NCBI GenBank assembly: GCA_016748015.1
Contig: JAAOMT010000009.1
Coordinates: 2,154,200-2,218,084 of the forward strand
DNA: 63,885 nt
Direction of reading: 5' to 3'
From: Geosiphon pyriformis uo1
Lineage: Eukaryota; Fungi; Glomeromycota
The notes beneath the pieces were generated by a model. The model did not search any database and was not told the origin of the DNA. It saw only the letters and a program-made list of their open reading frames with translations. This document shows positions 51,601-63,454 of this stretch, piece by piece (the first letter of the stretch is position 1; each line of letters begins with the position of its first letter). The translations under genes were made by a program, and so were the position numbers.

Positions 51601-54600
51601 AACCAAAAAATTGTCTCCATGAAAAACATCAAAAGTGCTGCATGCTAAAGAAATCTTATTAGAGAGAATCTTGAAAAGAATTTTACAAGCCATTTTAATC
51701 AAAGCGATAGGTCAAGTATTCATTAGAACACCTCCTCACTCATATGGTTTGGGAATCATTGAGATTCAAGCCTCCTTCCAAGAGCTGGGCACTGATTCAC
51801 CAGACAGACAAAAATTCAAAAACACCATAAGCATATCCAGGACCACCCTATTACAATGCTTTCAAAGCTCATTCAATATACTCGAAAGACCAATAGCTTT
51901 GCCATTAGACAGGTAAGAAATTATACCAAACAGTTCATTAAAACCAATCAAACACATAACACCAAAAAAACTTTATCAAAAACATACTCCAAAGACTGAT
52001 ATTGATGGCTCCAATCCCCAAAGACATTATTAATCACTCGACACTTTCTAGTCCAACTCTCCATGATCATATCCATCTTAGACTTAACCAAATTGGGTTC
52101 TAGGATCAGTTTATCATTAACCACTAGATGATTAAGCACCACTTTGCAAAACAAACACTTCAGTACACTTCTGATTATATGGCCTTTATTTATCTTGAAA
52201 CTTTTCATTCTCTTATCTATAGCAGACTTGATGTTTGCCTCTTTAGCCCTCAGAGACTTAGCAAACTTGGATGTGTGATAAGACCTTTTAGCCACAAAAA
52301 AAGCAGAACAAACACTAACAGAGCCAGGACCAGAGTCCACTATATTTTGTACAACCAAAGTCTTAATATTGTCCAAAAAAATCCAATGTTCCATAAGAAA
52401 CTCAAAATTTATAATACATTCCTCATGTAAGGTCTTAACCATTCTGGAAACCAAAAGCTCTAATTTGTGAAATCTCAAAGATTCCTTGGTAAAAACATTA
52501 TTAAAGCCTTTGAACCATTTCTTTTTGAACACCTCATTAGCTGAGAGAACCATTATCTTGCAAACAACATCTCATATTGTATTCAAATCTGAATACCTTA
52601 TAGAGGTGGCAAACTTATCCAAAAACAATATAGCATTGGCCAATGTGACACTTTTAAAATTGTTTTATTTAATCTTATTAGCACCTTTGAAATCAAACTT
52701 CCATTGGTCTTTATTCACTTGCTTGCAAAGAGAGTTCAACTGCATATTCAAAAATCCATCCAAATCTACAGACACAGAAACAGATTAGTGATCCATGTCA
52801 AAATGCTCACTAATCTCCAAAACGTTGCAATTCACTATTGCATCAACCAGACTCGAGAAAACAAACACATAATCAATTGTCTTCATAATACTTTTAGAAT
52901 TAGCCCAAGTAGGCTCTTTCACAGCCGGGCTACTAACAAAAGAATTGACTAGCCCTAAATCAAGACATTTTTTGAAACTTGCACACTTATGAGAACCATC
53001 TTCATTAAAATCACTACTGAGAATGATAAAAGAGGATTTATTAACAGCCTTTGTGATAAAAAAGTTGATATTACCAGTCTGAGAAAACCAAACTACTGAG
53101 AAAGCACCAGTGTAGAGCCCCAAAATAAACACTGAAAGCTTATTCTTGAAAAGCAACTTGATAGACAGAAGCTGACCAGGCACTTTCAATACCTTGCAAA
53201 TGTGTTTTGCCAAAGAAAAGTTCATGATGACCACAACACCAGCACCCAGATAACCAGATTCTAAACTAGAGGTAAACACTCACATACCATCAAACTTATT
53301 GATAATCCAGAGACAAATCTTTCCTTTCAACTTAGACTCAGTAAAAATAGAAACCAAATTGTTCATGTTTTTGTGCCAATAAATAATATCATTCTGTTTC
53401 ACAGGATTGTTCATTCCTCTAACATTGCAAGTAGCAATTTTCCAAATCAACTCATTCATTGAGAAGAACAAATATCAGAAACTGAATCACCATTTTCTAT
53501 CTTAGCTGAAAGGCTCATAACTGTAACCAAAAGGTTTCTCAATGTTTCTTTCATTTTTGTGATAACAGAAGTATCGAATATCACCACTTCTGCAACAGTT
53601 TTACCACTAGTAGTCACACCTGAACCCTCATTTATCACTATATCCATTCCTTAATTCTGTAATGAAAGGGTTACCAATGGCTGACATCCAGGACTAAGCT
53701 GGAAAATCATTGATTTAAGTGTATTCAATCTTTTAGCCAGCTTATCTATGCACTCTGCAAGGCTGGCAAGACTGTGCTCAAGAGCGGCAAACCTATCATT
53801 CAATTCCAAAGGCACATATGGGGTAGGCTTCATCTCCGAAGAGGAGCCAGTATTCAGCAAAACATCTTGAACAGAAAGGGAGATGGAGGAGGAACCAGCA
53901 ACAATCTTGGCCCATGAAACACCACCAAAGGAAACAGGACGAGCAACTGGCACTGAATGTTTAGCATAAATGGCTGCCAATCTGCTTTTATTTGTATCTG
54001 AAAGAACTTAGCATGGTGCACCACCAGAAAAAAATTTTCCACCAGAGACACAACCAAGAGAGGTATAACCCAACTTCCCATACTTTGTACACACAGCAGA
54101 ACTAATACAAAACCAACAAAGGTGAGCCTCTTTTAACACAGGAGTGGTTCCCATGATAGCATCCAGTGAATTAACTGACTCAAAACAGACAACAGCACAT
54201 CTGGCCTGGCCATATATAATCAGATAGTGGTCAATCACACATGTTTTTCCACCCACAGAACTAATAAAATCCCATATATCATAAGCATTGGTTCTCACGG
54301 GAAGAGTATAAAACAGTGCCTTATAAAGATCCCTAGAGTCCCATGTTTGTTTATTAAGATCAGCTCTGGCCACATGAACAGCATCTTTCCCAATGAAGAT
54401 AGATCATCTGGAAGCCAAAAGATCAGCCTGATTTTGATCTTCAAACTCAACGATTGCTTTTTGCCATAGATTTACTAGTTGTATTTTGACTGATTTAATT
54501 ACCCCAAATTCGGAAAGCGCAGCGTGCACAGCCTCAACAGACATTTCAACAGGAATTTTTTTTATCACCACAGTCCGATCTAAATGTCTAGATGATTTTT

Positions 54601-55378
54601 TAAGATTAGTGTTCACTAGGATCTTTGCTTCAGTAGCCAACTTGGTAGCTTTTATTAAACTCAACTCGGAAGTAAATGTTGCTCTGACAATCCCAGCAAA
54701 TTTTGAGGGGGTAGAGGCTCCCCCAAAACCATTGATTTTTGAAAATAGTCTTCTGACTACCACAAGTTTTTCTTGAGTGGATTTTCTAACAACATTATTC
54801 AAGCTGATGTCCAAAGCAAAAAACTTCCTAACAGAAACATTGACCAAGTTCTTTAAAAGGGGAGAGAGAACCACAGGTTTGTCTGAAAGTATATTATCAA
54901 TATCATTACCCAAGAAGTTAATTTTCTTCAATGGTTTTCCAAGTGCCTTCTTAGTAAGAATTTTTGAACTTTTAGATATTTGTTCTGATTTCTCTCCAGC
55001 AAAAGCTCCACCATTTCCATGATCAAAGCTGGTTTCTTCAACTAAACATTCCTTCTCCATATCCACACTATCAGATTCAGTAGTATCATCAGTTTCAAAA
55101 CCCCAAGAATGACTACTTAACATCTTAGCAGCAGCAAGTTTTCTACTACCAATATTATCTTCCAAAACACCATCTCTTCTCTTCTTTCTGGATTCAGCAG
55201 ACTTGACACCAATATTAAAGCCAGGCTCCATAATGGATTTGTTTAGAACCACAATACTAGGGCCAACAGTGGCCTCATATCAAGCACAAATGGTTTGGAA
55301 TTAGCAAACTGAATAATGAAAAACAGAAAAAAATTTTGGCTCTTTTTTTGGGAATTTGAGATGAACAAGAGAAAGAAG
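45663..55378 (-). mobile_element. LINE-D, full-length (LINE-C subfamily), interrupted by the long-LTR element
   Basis: 15-bp TSD tg(t/c)agtattt(t/c)ttta at 45648-45662 and 55379-55393; ORF1 ~53456-55290; ORF2 45792-53459 with APE (MNELIWKIATCNVRGMN), RT and RNase H. Confidence 0.93.
46374..49350 (+). mobile_element. Non-autonomous LTR element: two ~1.42-kb LTRs flanking a 141-bp non-coding core
   Basis: 4-bp TSD CCAG (46370-46373, 49351-49354). LTRs at 46374-47792 and 47934-49350. PBS TGGTGCCTCTTG 2 nt after the 5' LTR; purine tract AAAGATAGAGAAAA before the 3' LTR. Confidence 0.92.
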
Positions 55379-55494
55379 TGCAGTATTTCTTTAATAAAAT
55401 TGTATTTAATTGTTTAAAAAAATTTTTAAATAAAAAACCTTTTATTTAAGAACAAAAAAAACTTTTTTAATTATAAAAAACTGTTTTTTAATAT

Positions 55495-55740
55495 TTTTGT
55501 AGTATTACAATAATATTTTTTATATATCTTGTATTAATTATTATTTTTTTGATATTAATTCTTTTTTTTACTAAACTAAATCTAAAAACTAATTAAACTA
55601 TTGTTGTTGTCAAAATTTGTAGTACTAATTTTAAATCTATGCTGGTGTGTAAATATAATTCCAATCTAATAGCAGTTTTTTTTAGGTATTTGAAATCAAA
55701 TTTTATATTGGTATTATGTACATATTCTGGCATAATACTC
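55495..55740 (-). pseudogene. Gypsy-2 dUTPase N-terminal part (motifs 1-3)
   Basis: NIKFDF, VFRFSLV and IINTRYIKNI revert by transitions only to DAGFDL, ASRSSLA and IIDAGYIGNI. Confidence 0.75.
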
Positions 55741-55827
55741 TTATTATTATTACTAAATTATTTAAGTTTCTGCTCTTTTAAGAGATTTGAGAGTGTAATA
55801 TATTGTTTAAGATTTTTGTTGAAGTTT

Positions 55828-57824
55828 TTTTTTTTTTTTATTACAATTTATGAGTGAGATCCAAACACTACCTAGAGCTATACATCAAAGAAATGACATA
55901 AACTAAGTGTGAATTATGCTCTTTCTACATGCGACCAGCCACTCAGGCCAATTAGGACAACACTATGCAACTATATGTACCGAAACAGAATCACTAACAC
56001 CAGAAAAAAAAAAACATTGTTTACAAAAGCCAAAACAAATGCCAAGAGCTTCAGTCATACTAAGTAGCCTAATGATGCCAGCCGATAACCTAGAAGCTGA
56101 GCCAAGGACCAAGATAGGAACTGAACCATCAAGTAGGATGAGATTATTTTTCTCTATAAATGCATGATGCTTAATCCAAACCAACCAAATATCATTTCTA
56201 AAAGCAAAACTAAGAGAACGCACAAACTCAACAATATTCGAACTAGCAACCTTGTGAGATTTGAAAACAGAAACAGTTTCATGCAGTCACTCACTAAAAA
56301 CAAACCTTTTAAAGAAAGCCGTAAATACAGAGACATCAAAGACACAAGAAGACAACAATTGCAGCACACAAAAAGAAGAGAGAGACAGGCCAGAAAGCAC
56401 CCTCCAAGATTTCAAACATGTATTCAGTATCTGAAGACACACAGAGTCATCAATCTTACAAGAGAAAGCATAATCTGATGTCTCCACTTCACCACAATAT
56501 AAGCTGGGGTATCTTCTGTTATATAGGCATTTATGAACAGCAACAGGCAGCCAGTAGTGCAATGCCTTCATGAAAAAACTGCATGCATCTGCTGTGGGCT
56601 TGCTAGTGTGGCCAGTGGCCATGTGTGAATCAGGATGCCATACCAGTGAGGAGCAGGACCAATCAACGTCTGCGAACAAACTGGCAGGCAAAAATTTAGA
56701 ACCAGAACCAATCTCCCAGTACGCATGACTGACAGAACAAAAAATATCATGAACAAAATGCCTAGAATTGCCAGAAACAGCCCCACCGTCTACCAACAAG
56801 AAGTGCACATGCAATTGAGAAGGAAGAAACCAGCCTGAGTGAGAAGAAACCCCAGCTATAGCATTAGCACATTTATTTCCAATCACACCAGAGTGATCTT
56901 TCACTTTGTGCCATTCAATCATCAAATTTTTGCCATGAATAATGTTTACAATATGCTGGCATTCAACCCAACAACAATTGTGAAAATCTGGACACACCAG
57001 ACCCAATTCCAACTTGCAGGCATCCAGAGCAGCTTGACTATCAGAGAAAAGCCAAACAAAACTAGAACAGAGAACACACTTCAGTGCCAGCACAATAGCT
57101 TGTATTTCTGCCAAAGTAGAAGACAACAGACCTGAAACTCCAACACCCAATCTCAGATCAATGTCACTGAAAAAAACTCCAGCCCCAGCTGCACAATTCT
57201 TAGTACCAAGGTTTGTTAGAAACCCATCTGTATAAACAGAAATGCTACTAGAAAGAACTTGGGAAAGCCGATCACGAACCAACACAAAGCCAAGAGAGGC
57301 AAGAATACTCTGACGACCCTCATCAACCAAAGCAGGAGAAAGGACACAAGGAGAAGACGTACCAGACAGGAACTTGACAGAAAGCATAAACCACTCAGGA
57401 GTCGGGCCATGGGGGTCTAACTTCTTCCACTGCTTGAATTTGTATCAGTCAAACATGGCACCATGACGATCATGGAGTTGGTCAACAAAGACAATGCCAT
57501 ATTGCCAGAGTGAAGGAAGAAACCTGACAAATCTAGACTTACCGAGAATGGTAGACATGAGTATCCCACCACAAAGCCGAAATGGACTATCAAAAAAACC
57601 ACTCAAAGATACATTGCAATCGAGGAGAACACAAACAACTCCCGCTAAGAAGTTATTCAAAGGACTGACTCAAGCACGAACAGGAACACTCAAAAGATGA
57701 ACAGAGTGCCAGCATGAAACTTGTAAGTCATGAGACCTGTGGGAGAATAGGTGACTCAGGATTCCCACTGAGTTTGCAAAACAAATAAAGGAAGTGACTT
57801 TACTATCTGATTAAATCTGGGCAA
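55828..57824 (-). mobile_element. LINE-E, 5'-truncated (~2 kb; RNase H to 3' end)
   Basis: Poly(T) at the left end; 10-bp TSD GTTG(A/G)AGTTT at 55818-55827 and 57825-57834; 366-aa ORF 56287-57387 with RNase H motifs. Confidence 0.92.
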
Positions 57825-60382
57825 GTTGGAGTTTGAATTATTATTGTTATCATTGTCATTATAGATAGAATTAAAATTATTGTTGTTATTATTATTGAAA
57901 TCTGAATTATGATTGAATTTTGATTTTGATTTTAATGTATATTTATTGATTGGTTTTTCTTCTTTGGGAATTTAATAAATCATATACAGTAGTGAATTGT
58001 AAATAAAGTCACAATTGTTAAAATATTTAAAGTCACTAAGAATTAGATAATATTTACAGAGTCTAGTATTTAGTTGTTCTAAATATTGCTTTTGTTTTTT
58101 TTTAGTAAGTGCTAAATCTTTGTAATATTTATAAAATTGTTTTAGATTGTTCAGAATATTAATAAATGTATTTAAATTGAGAATAAAAATAGTTTTAACA
58201 AGTTTTGGTAAGTTGTTTTTGATAATAAGTATTTTGCTAAATAAAGTGTCTTTAATTTTGGCACTTGTTATTTGCCAGATTTTATTTTTGTCATTTAAAT
58301 AATTATTTAAGTATGAAAGTACTTAGTTCTACATGATGTTAAAAGACAATTCTTGGCTTATTTAGTTATTTATAAGAATTATGTATTAACATAATACATT
58401 ATATGTTTTTTTTTAACCAGAAATATTATTTCACATTTTTTTATCAAATAGTGTTTTTCTACAAGTAAAACATGATTCATTGTCCTACTTTTCTTGTTAT
58501 TTAAAATATTCAAAGTGTTTTTTATGACATAGTTTACAATAATAATAAGTACATATCCAATAATCTTTCTTTGATAAGATCTAAGCTCCTATAAAAAAAA
58601 GCTTCTTCTTGTAGTCAATATATCTAAGTAGAATATAAAATAGTTTTTTTTTGGTTTCTATTAAATATGAAACATGTTAATCATTATTTGTTTCTTTTAT
58701 AAAAGTGGTGGCTTAAAGTTCATATATTTTTTTCCTTTTCTTTTGTTATTTCAGGATAAAATTGGTAGTAGCTTATTGTGTTTGTTTTTAGATAGACTTT
58801 TCAAATAGGGTTTTTTTTCTTTTTTAAACTCAATTAATGGTAATTGGATGGTAGTATTTGTTCTAAAATGGCTGCAGATAGCTAATACTCAAGTTTGCTG
58901 ACTATTTTAACTGAATTTTAACTCTTGTATAATTTAGTTAAATACAGTATTGGTCTTAAACAGCCAGTTATTATTAATTAAAACTTGTTATTATGTGGCT
59001 TCTATAACTAGAACTTTAATTGGTGTGATAATACTATTAACTTCGAAAGAAAAGTTATCAATTTTGCTAATAAGAGTTTTAATTATTCTATTAACTGTGA
59101 TAATTTTGGTGCTAACAGTGCAATCAACTCAGCAATCTAATTGGTTTATGAATTGTTATGTAATAATACTGTCTGTTAATTCACTATTAAGAATTAGTTT
59201 AATAAAGTGGTCATTAACTTTGGTATTAATATACATGGCTATAATGAATTTGGTATTAAGAATAGCTTCATTAAATAATAGAGTTTCTAATTGAATTTCC
59301 AATTCAAATGAAAAAATAGTAACTAGTAATTTATCTTCTGTAATGATTGCTAATAGAATGTTGTTAATAAATAGTTGGTGGTTGGTTTCCAGATTGTTAG
59401 ATAAGTTGTTTTTTGTTGCAGCCAGAATGCTTAAATAATTCTGGAAATTTGGGTTTTGGATGTACCCATTTCCCAAATTTTTTAGATGTAATTTTGAAGT
59501 CTGGCTTAATAAATTAAGGTTTAATTAGTGCATAATCATTACCAATTTTCAATTCTGCTGAGTATAAGTAATTCTTAATCTTAAATTTCTAGTTAATATA
59601 AACACAGTAATTTGAAATGACATTTGGATTTATTGAGATTGATAAATTATTTGTGGCTATAATTGTTAATAAATTATTGATGCTAAAATTTAATAGACTA
59701 AAGGTACATATATAAATTGTTGTATTATTTAGAAGTAAAAAAACTGATATAAATATAATCCTAATAATGAATTGTTAACATAATTCTAGATTTGAAATTT
59801 ACAATTAGGATTTTAATATTGATTTTTTAATCATTGATTATTAAATTTAGAGTAGCAATCTGTTTTTAAATAACTTTGTTTATCACAATAATAACAATTA
59901 TGCATTTTTTGTTGTTATGGTTGATTTAATAATAACAATAATAGATATAATTGATTTTGAAAACAATTAGAGTTTTCTTGATTATTACAACATTAAAAAA
60001 ATTGATAAATTGCTTAATTGTTAGCCAAGTATTTCTTGATTTTTTAATTGATAGCTTTGCCAAATTGCTTTAATTTGGTATTTAATTTAGATAATTTGTT
60101 TATCATTAAGTTGCTTGGATATAATTGGTTTTGAGTTCAGCTAATTCAAAATCTTTAACATGTGTAACTATATCTTAAAAAGTATTTGAATGTATTGAAT
60201 ATACTTATTGTAACAAGCTGCTATATAATCCACAAATAAACTGGTTTAAAATCTGGACTGCTGTAAAATAGTCAGCTTAAATTGTCTGAATTTGGTGCAG
60301 ATTCTTGTAAAAGTATTCCAAGTAAGTAGTAATTACTTTAGTATCACCTTATTTGATTGTAATAAAACTAGTTAATAGGCAA

Positions 60383-61211
60383 TGTTACAGGATGGTTTTC
60401 TTGTTATATTTAATTGCTGATATCCCGCTTTAATTGCAATCAGTCTTTCGTGAGTTCCTCAATTCTATTTGTGTGATAATGTCACTGTTACACTGAAGGC
60501 TTTTTTTTTACTGTTGCAATGTAAGTTATTCTTTAATTCTTGATTGTTGTGTGTGTTTATGTACTCCTTCTCAGAGGCTGAACTGAAATCTACCCACTGT
60601 CTGGGGTCTTCTCTGAGGCTATCCTTGCAATTGCCTGATGTGTTTCTCTAATCTAGAAACACAGAATGTTAATGGTCTTTAGCGCTTTTCTAATTCTCAC
60701 AATAAAGCTTTTATCAATTAGTAACAACATGAATAATCTTGATCAAGGATTATTCTTCCAAGGGATTCAGTTGATGAATGATAGTTTCATTCAATAAATA
60801 ATACAAGTAAGTTTCTTAATACTTTGGGTTGTGATAGTTCCGTTTTAAATATTCTTTTTCATTTCTTTTTGATTTTTAAAGGTTTCTTGGGATATTTAAT
60901 TTGAAAGTATGATTTGATAAGTTATGATTTTTATTACTTGATTGATTCTTTCCCAATATTAAAACTACTGTATATATACATGTTTGTAGTTTTACGAGAA
61001 AATACTTTCTTTTTGATATTTCAACCTGGTGCTTGCTGCTATCACCAGTTGGTGTTGACTGCTATTGTGAACTGGTGCTTGCCACTATCGCGAGATGGTG
61101 TTTGCTACTATGTTAATCATTACCTTTCTAAGATTATTACTGTGCTATATTATGATTGAATAGTTTGTATTATTTTTATGATTCTTTTTGCTAAATTCTT
61201 AAACCATAACA
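60383..61211 (-). repeat. 3' LTR of Gypsy-3 (829 bp), with PPT GAAAGGAGGGGATAA at 61212-61226
   Basis: TGTTA...TAACA termini; TATA-like tgtatatata at ~60970-60980; ~23-bp tandem array at 61025-61112. Confidence 0.9.
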
Positions 61212-61224
61212 TTATCCCCTCCTT

Positions 61225-61443
61225 TCAAGATTGAGCTCTGTCGAAATCGAAGTTAATTTCTTCATTAAATTCTAAGTTACTATAGTGGTTCAATACTGTG
61301 TTATTAATTTGTTGTTGTAATTCTTGAAATTGCGAGTTGGTAAGTCGTCCAATACTGTTGGTTGTTATTATGTTCATGGTTGGGTCCAACAATAATTTGT
61401 GACAGTTTTCAAATGCTTTGAAAATTCTGTAAACTGTTTTTGA
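61225..61443 (-). CDS. Gypsy-3 ORF3 C-terminus (5' part lost in the N gap), function unknown
   Basis: 72 open codons SKTVYRIFKAFENCHKLLLDPTMNIITTNSIGRLTNSQFQELQQQINN...FDFDRAQS*, with the stop overlapping the PPT. A homolog sits at the same position in Gypsy-2. Confidence 0.65.
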   Translation of the reverse strand, partial: SKTVYRIFKAFENCHKLLLDPTMNIITTNSIGRLTNSQFQELQQQINNTVLNHYSNLEFNEEINFDFDRAQS

Positions 61444-61786
61444 ANNNNNNNNNNNNNNNNNNNNNNNNNNNNNNNNNNNNNNNNNNNNNNNNNNNNNNNN
61501 NNNNNNNNNNNNNNNNNNNNNNNNNNNNNNNNNNNNNNNNNNNNNNNNNNNNNNNNNNNNNNNNNNNNNNNNNNNNNNNNNNNNNNNNNNNNNNNNNNNN
61601 NNNNNNNNNNNNNNNNNNNNNNNNNNNNNNNNNNNNNNNNNNNNNNNNNNNNNNNNNNNNNNNNNNNNNNNNNNNNNNNNNNNNNNNNNNNNNNNNNNNN
61701 NNNNNNNNNNNNNNNNNNNNNNNNNNNNNNNNNNNNNNNNNNNNNNNNNNNNNNNNNNNNNNNNNNNNNNNNNNNNNNNNNNNNNN

Positions 61787-63039
61787 TTAAAACTATTGGT
61801 TCTAAATCTCGTGGAATTTGTTCTGGTAGAATTAAAGGTAATTGTGTTCCAATTCTGGGTGTTTTTGCTGTTATTACTGGTTTACTGTAATAGAATTTCA
61901 GCCGGTTACCATGTGCTGCTTTTCTTAATATTTTATCATCTAGTCTTAGCTTGTATGCTCCATTTCCAAGTATTTCGTGAATATAAAATGGTCCATCCCA
62001 CTTGTGATCAAATTTTCCACTCCACTGTTTTTCCATTTTTGTACGATGCAACAATACTTTATCTCCAATTTTGTAGCTAATTATATTATCTGGTAACTGG
62101 TTATCATGTCTCACTTTTTGTTGTTCTTGTGATTGTTCAATATTTTGTGCTGCTTTTTTTTTTTTGTTTTCTAAAGTTCCCATTAATTCGTATGTTCTTC
62201 TAAGTAGTGTTTCCTGGAATGTTGCTTCCGTGATAGTGTCACTCGGATAAGTTGGAATAGTAAGTTCAATGGGTAATATGGCTTTTCTTTCATAAACTAG
62301 TTCAAACGGTATGAATTGTGTAGTATCTTGTTTTACTGTTCTATATGCTAATAGTACTGCTGGTATGAACAAATCCCATTCTTTTTCATGTTCGTTACTA
62401 ATTTTCGNNNNNNNNNNNNNNNNNNNNNNNNNNNNNNNNNNNNNNNNNNNNNNNNNNNNNNNNNNNNNNNNNNNNNNNNNNNNNNNNNNNNNNNNNNNNN
62501 NNNNNNNNNNNNNNNNNNNNNNNNNNNNNNNNNNNNNNNNNNNNNNNNNNNNNNNNNNNNNNNNNNNNNNNNNNNNNNNNNNNNNNNNNNNNNNNNNNNN
62601 NNNNNNNNNNNNNNNNNNNNNNNNNNNNNNNNNNNNNNNNNNNNNNNNNNNNNNNNNNNNNNNNNNNNNNNNNNNNNNNNNNNNNNNNNNNNNNNNNNNN
62701 NNNNNNNNNNNNNNNNNNNNNNNNNNNNNNNNNNNNNNNNNNNNNNNNNNNNNNNNNNNNNNNNNNNNNNNNNNNNNNNNNNNNNNNNNNNNNNNNNNNN
62801 NNNNNNNNNNNNNNAATATCTGAGTGCATGTTAAATAAGATAGTTTCTTTTTCATCCGTGGTTATAACTCTTAATGGATTATCTGGATTTTGTTGATTCC
62901 GGTAATAAAGTATGTGATTTTGGATGAAATAGTGTTTTGCTAATTTTTGGAGCTTAATTAGCTCTTTTACTGGCATTTCTTCGTCTATTTGTAGTGTTTC
63001 CAAGTATTGGCTGAGGTTTTTGTAAAGGTGGTTGTTCAT
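61787..63039 (-). CDS. Gypsy-3 integrase (separate ORF; internal N gap)
   Basis: ATG at 63039 (MNNHLYKNL...), core and GPF domain at 61787-62407. Confidence 0.8.
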
Positions 63040-63068
63040 TGTTGTTGTGGCAGGTGGGTTGGTAATTT

Positions 63069-63454
63069 TTATGTGTATCTTATTCTTGACAAACAGTTGG
63101 CATTAGCATTTTTGGTACCTTCTTTGTATTTGATAATATAATCGTATGGTGCTAACGTTTGTGACCATCTGGTGTATTTTCCTTTTAGCGCTTTCTTGTT
63201 CTTTAACCAGACCAGACCTCTATGATCTGTCGTAATCTCAAAGGGTTGGTACCGTAAATATGTGTCAAAGTGAACACAACTCCAGACTACTGCTAAGCAT
63301 TCAAGTTCATGTGCTGCGTAGTTTTGTTCTGCCGTACTGAGACTTCTGCTGGCATAAGTAATTACACGTTCTCTTCCATTATCATCTTTTTGTGACAGAA
63401 TGGCTCCAAGTCCAGTTCCAGAGGCATCTGTGGCCAAAATGAATTTCTTGTTGA
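63069..63454 (-). CDS. Gypsy-3 RNase H (C-terminus of the RT-RH polyprotein)
   Basis: Intact motifs TDAS, ELE, TDH; ends NANCLSRIRYT* at 63069. Confidence 0.88.

Larger units (their letters stand above)
40767..60382 (-). mobile_element. Gypsy-2, old eroded element (gag-PR-Cys-rich-dUTPase-RT-RH / IN / ORF3 / 3'LTR), split by LINE-D, a 107-bp insert, LINE-E and Gypsy-3
   Basis: Segments 40767-45662, 55495-55827 and 57835-60382 rejoin across TSDs in the correct domain order: gag QILNQFICG (~60240), CCHC remnant (~59860-59900), protease IKLILNSELTDSII (eroded DSG), RT YLNK (eroded YLDD) and CFFGKTKFKFLEHII, RH VAYASQNL, integrase. Confidence 0.85.

Noticed and set aside
61440-62834. Long ORFs made largely of X
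   Set aside because: Artefacts of translating N gaps; frames across the gaps are not reliable.
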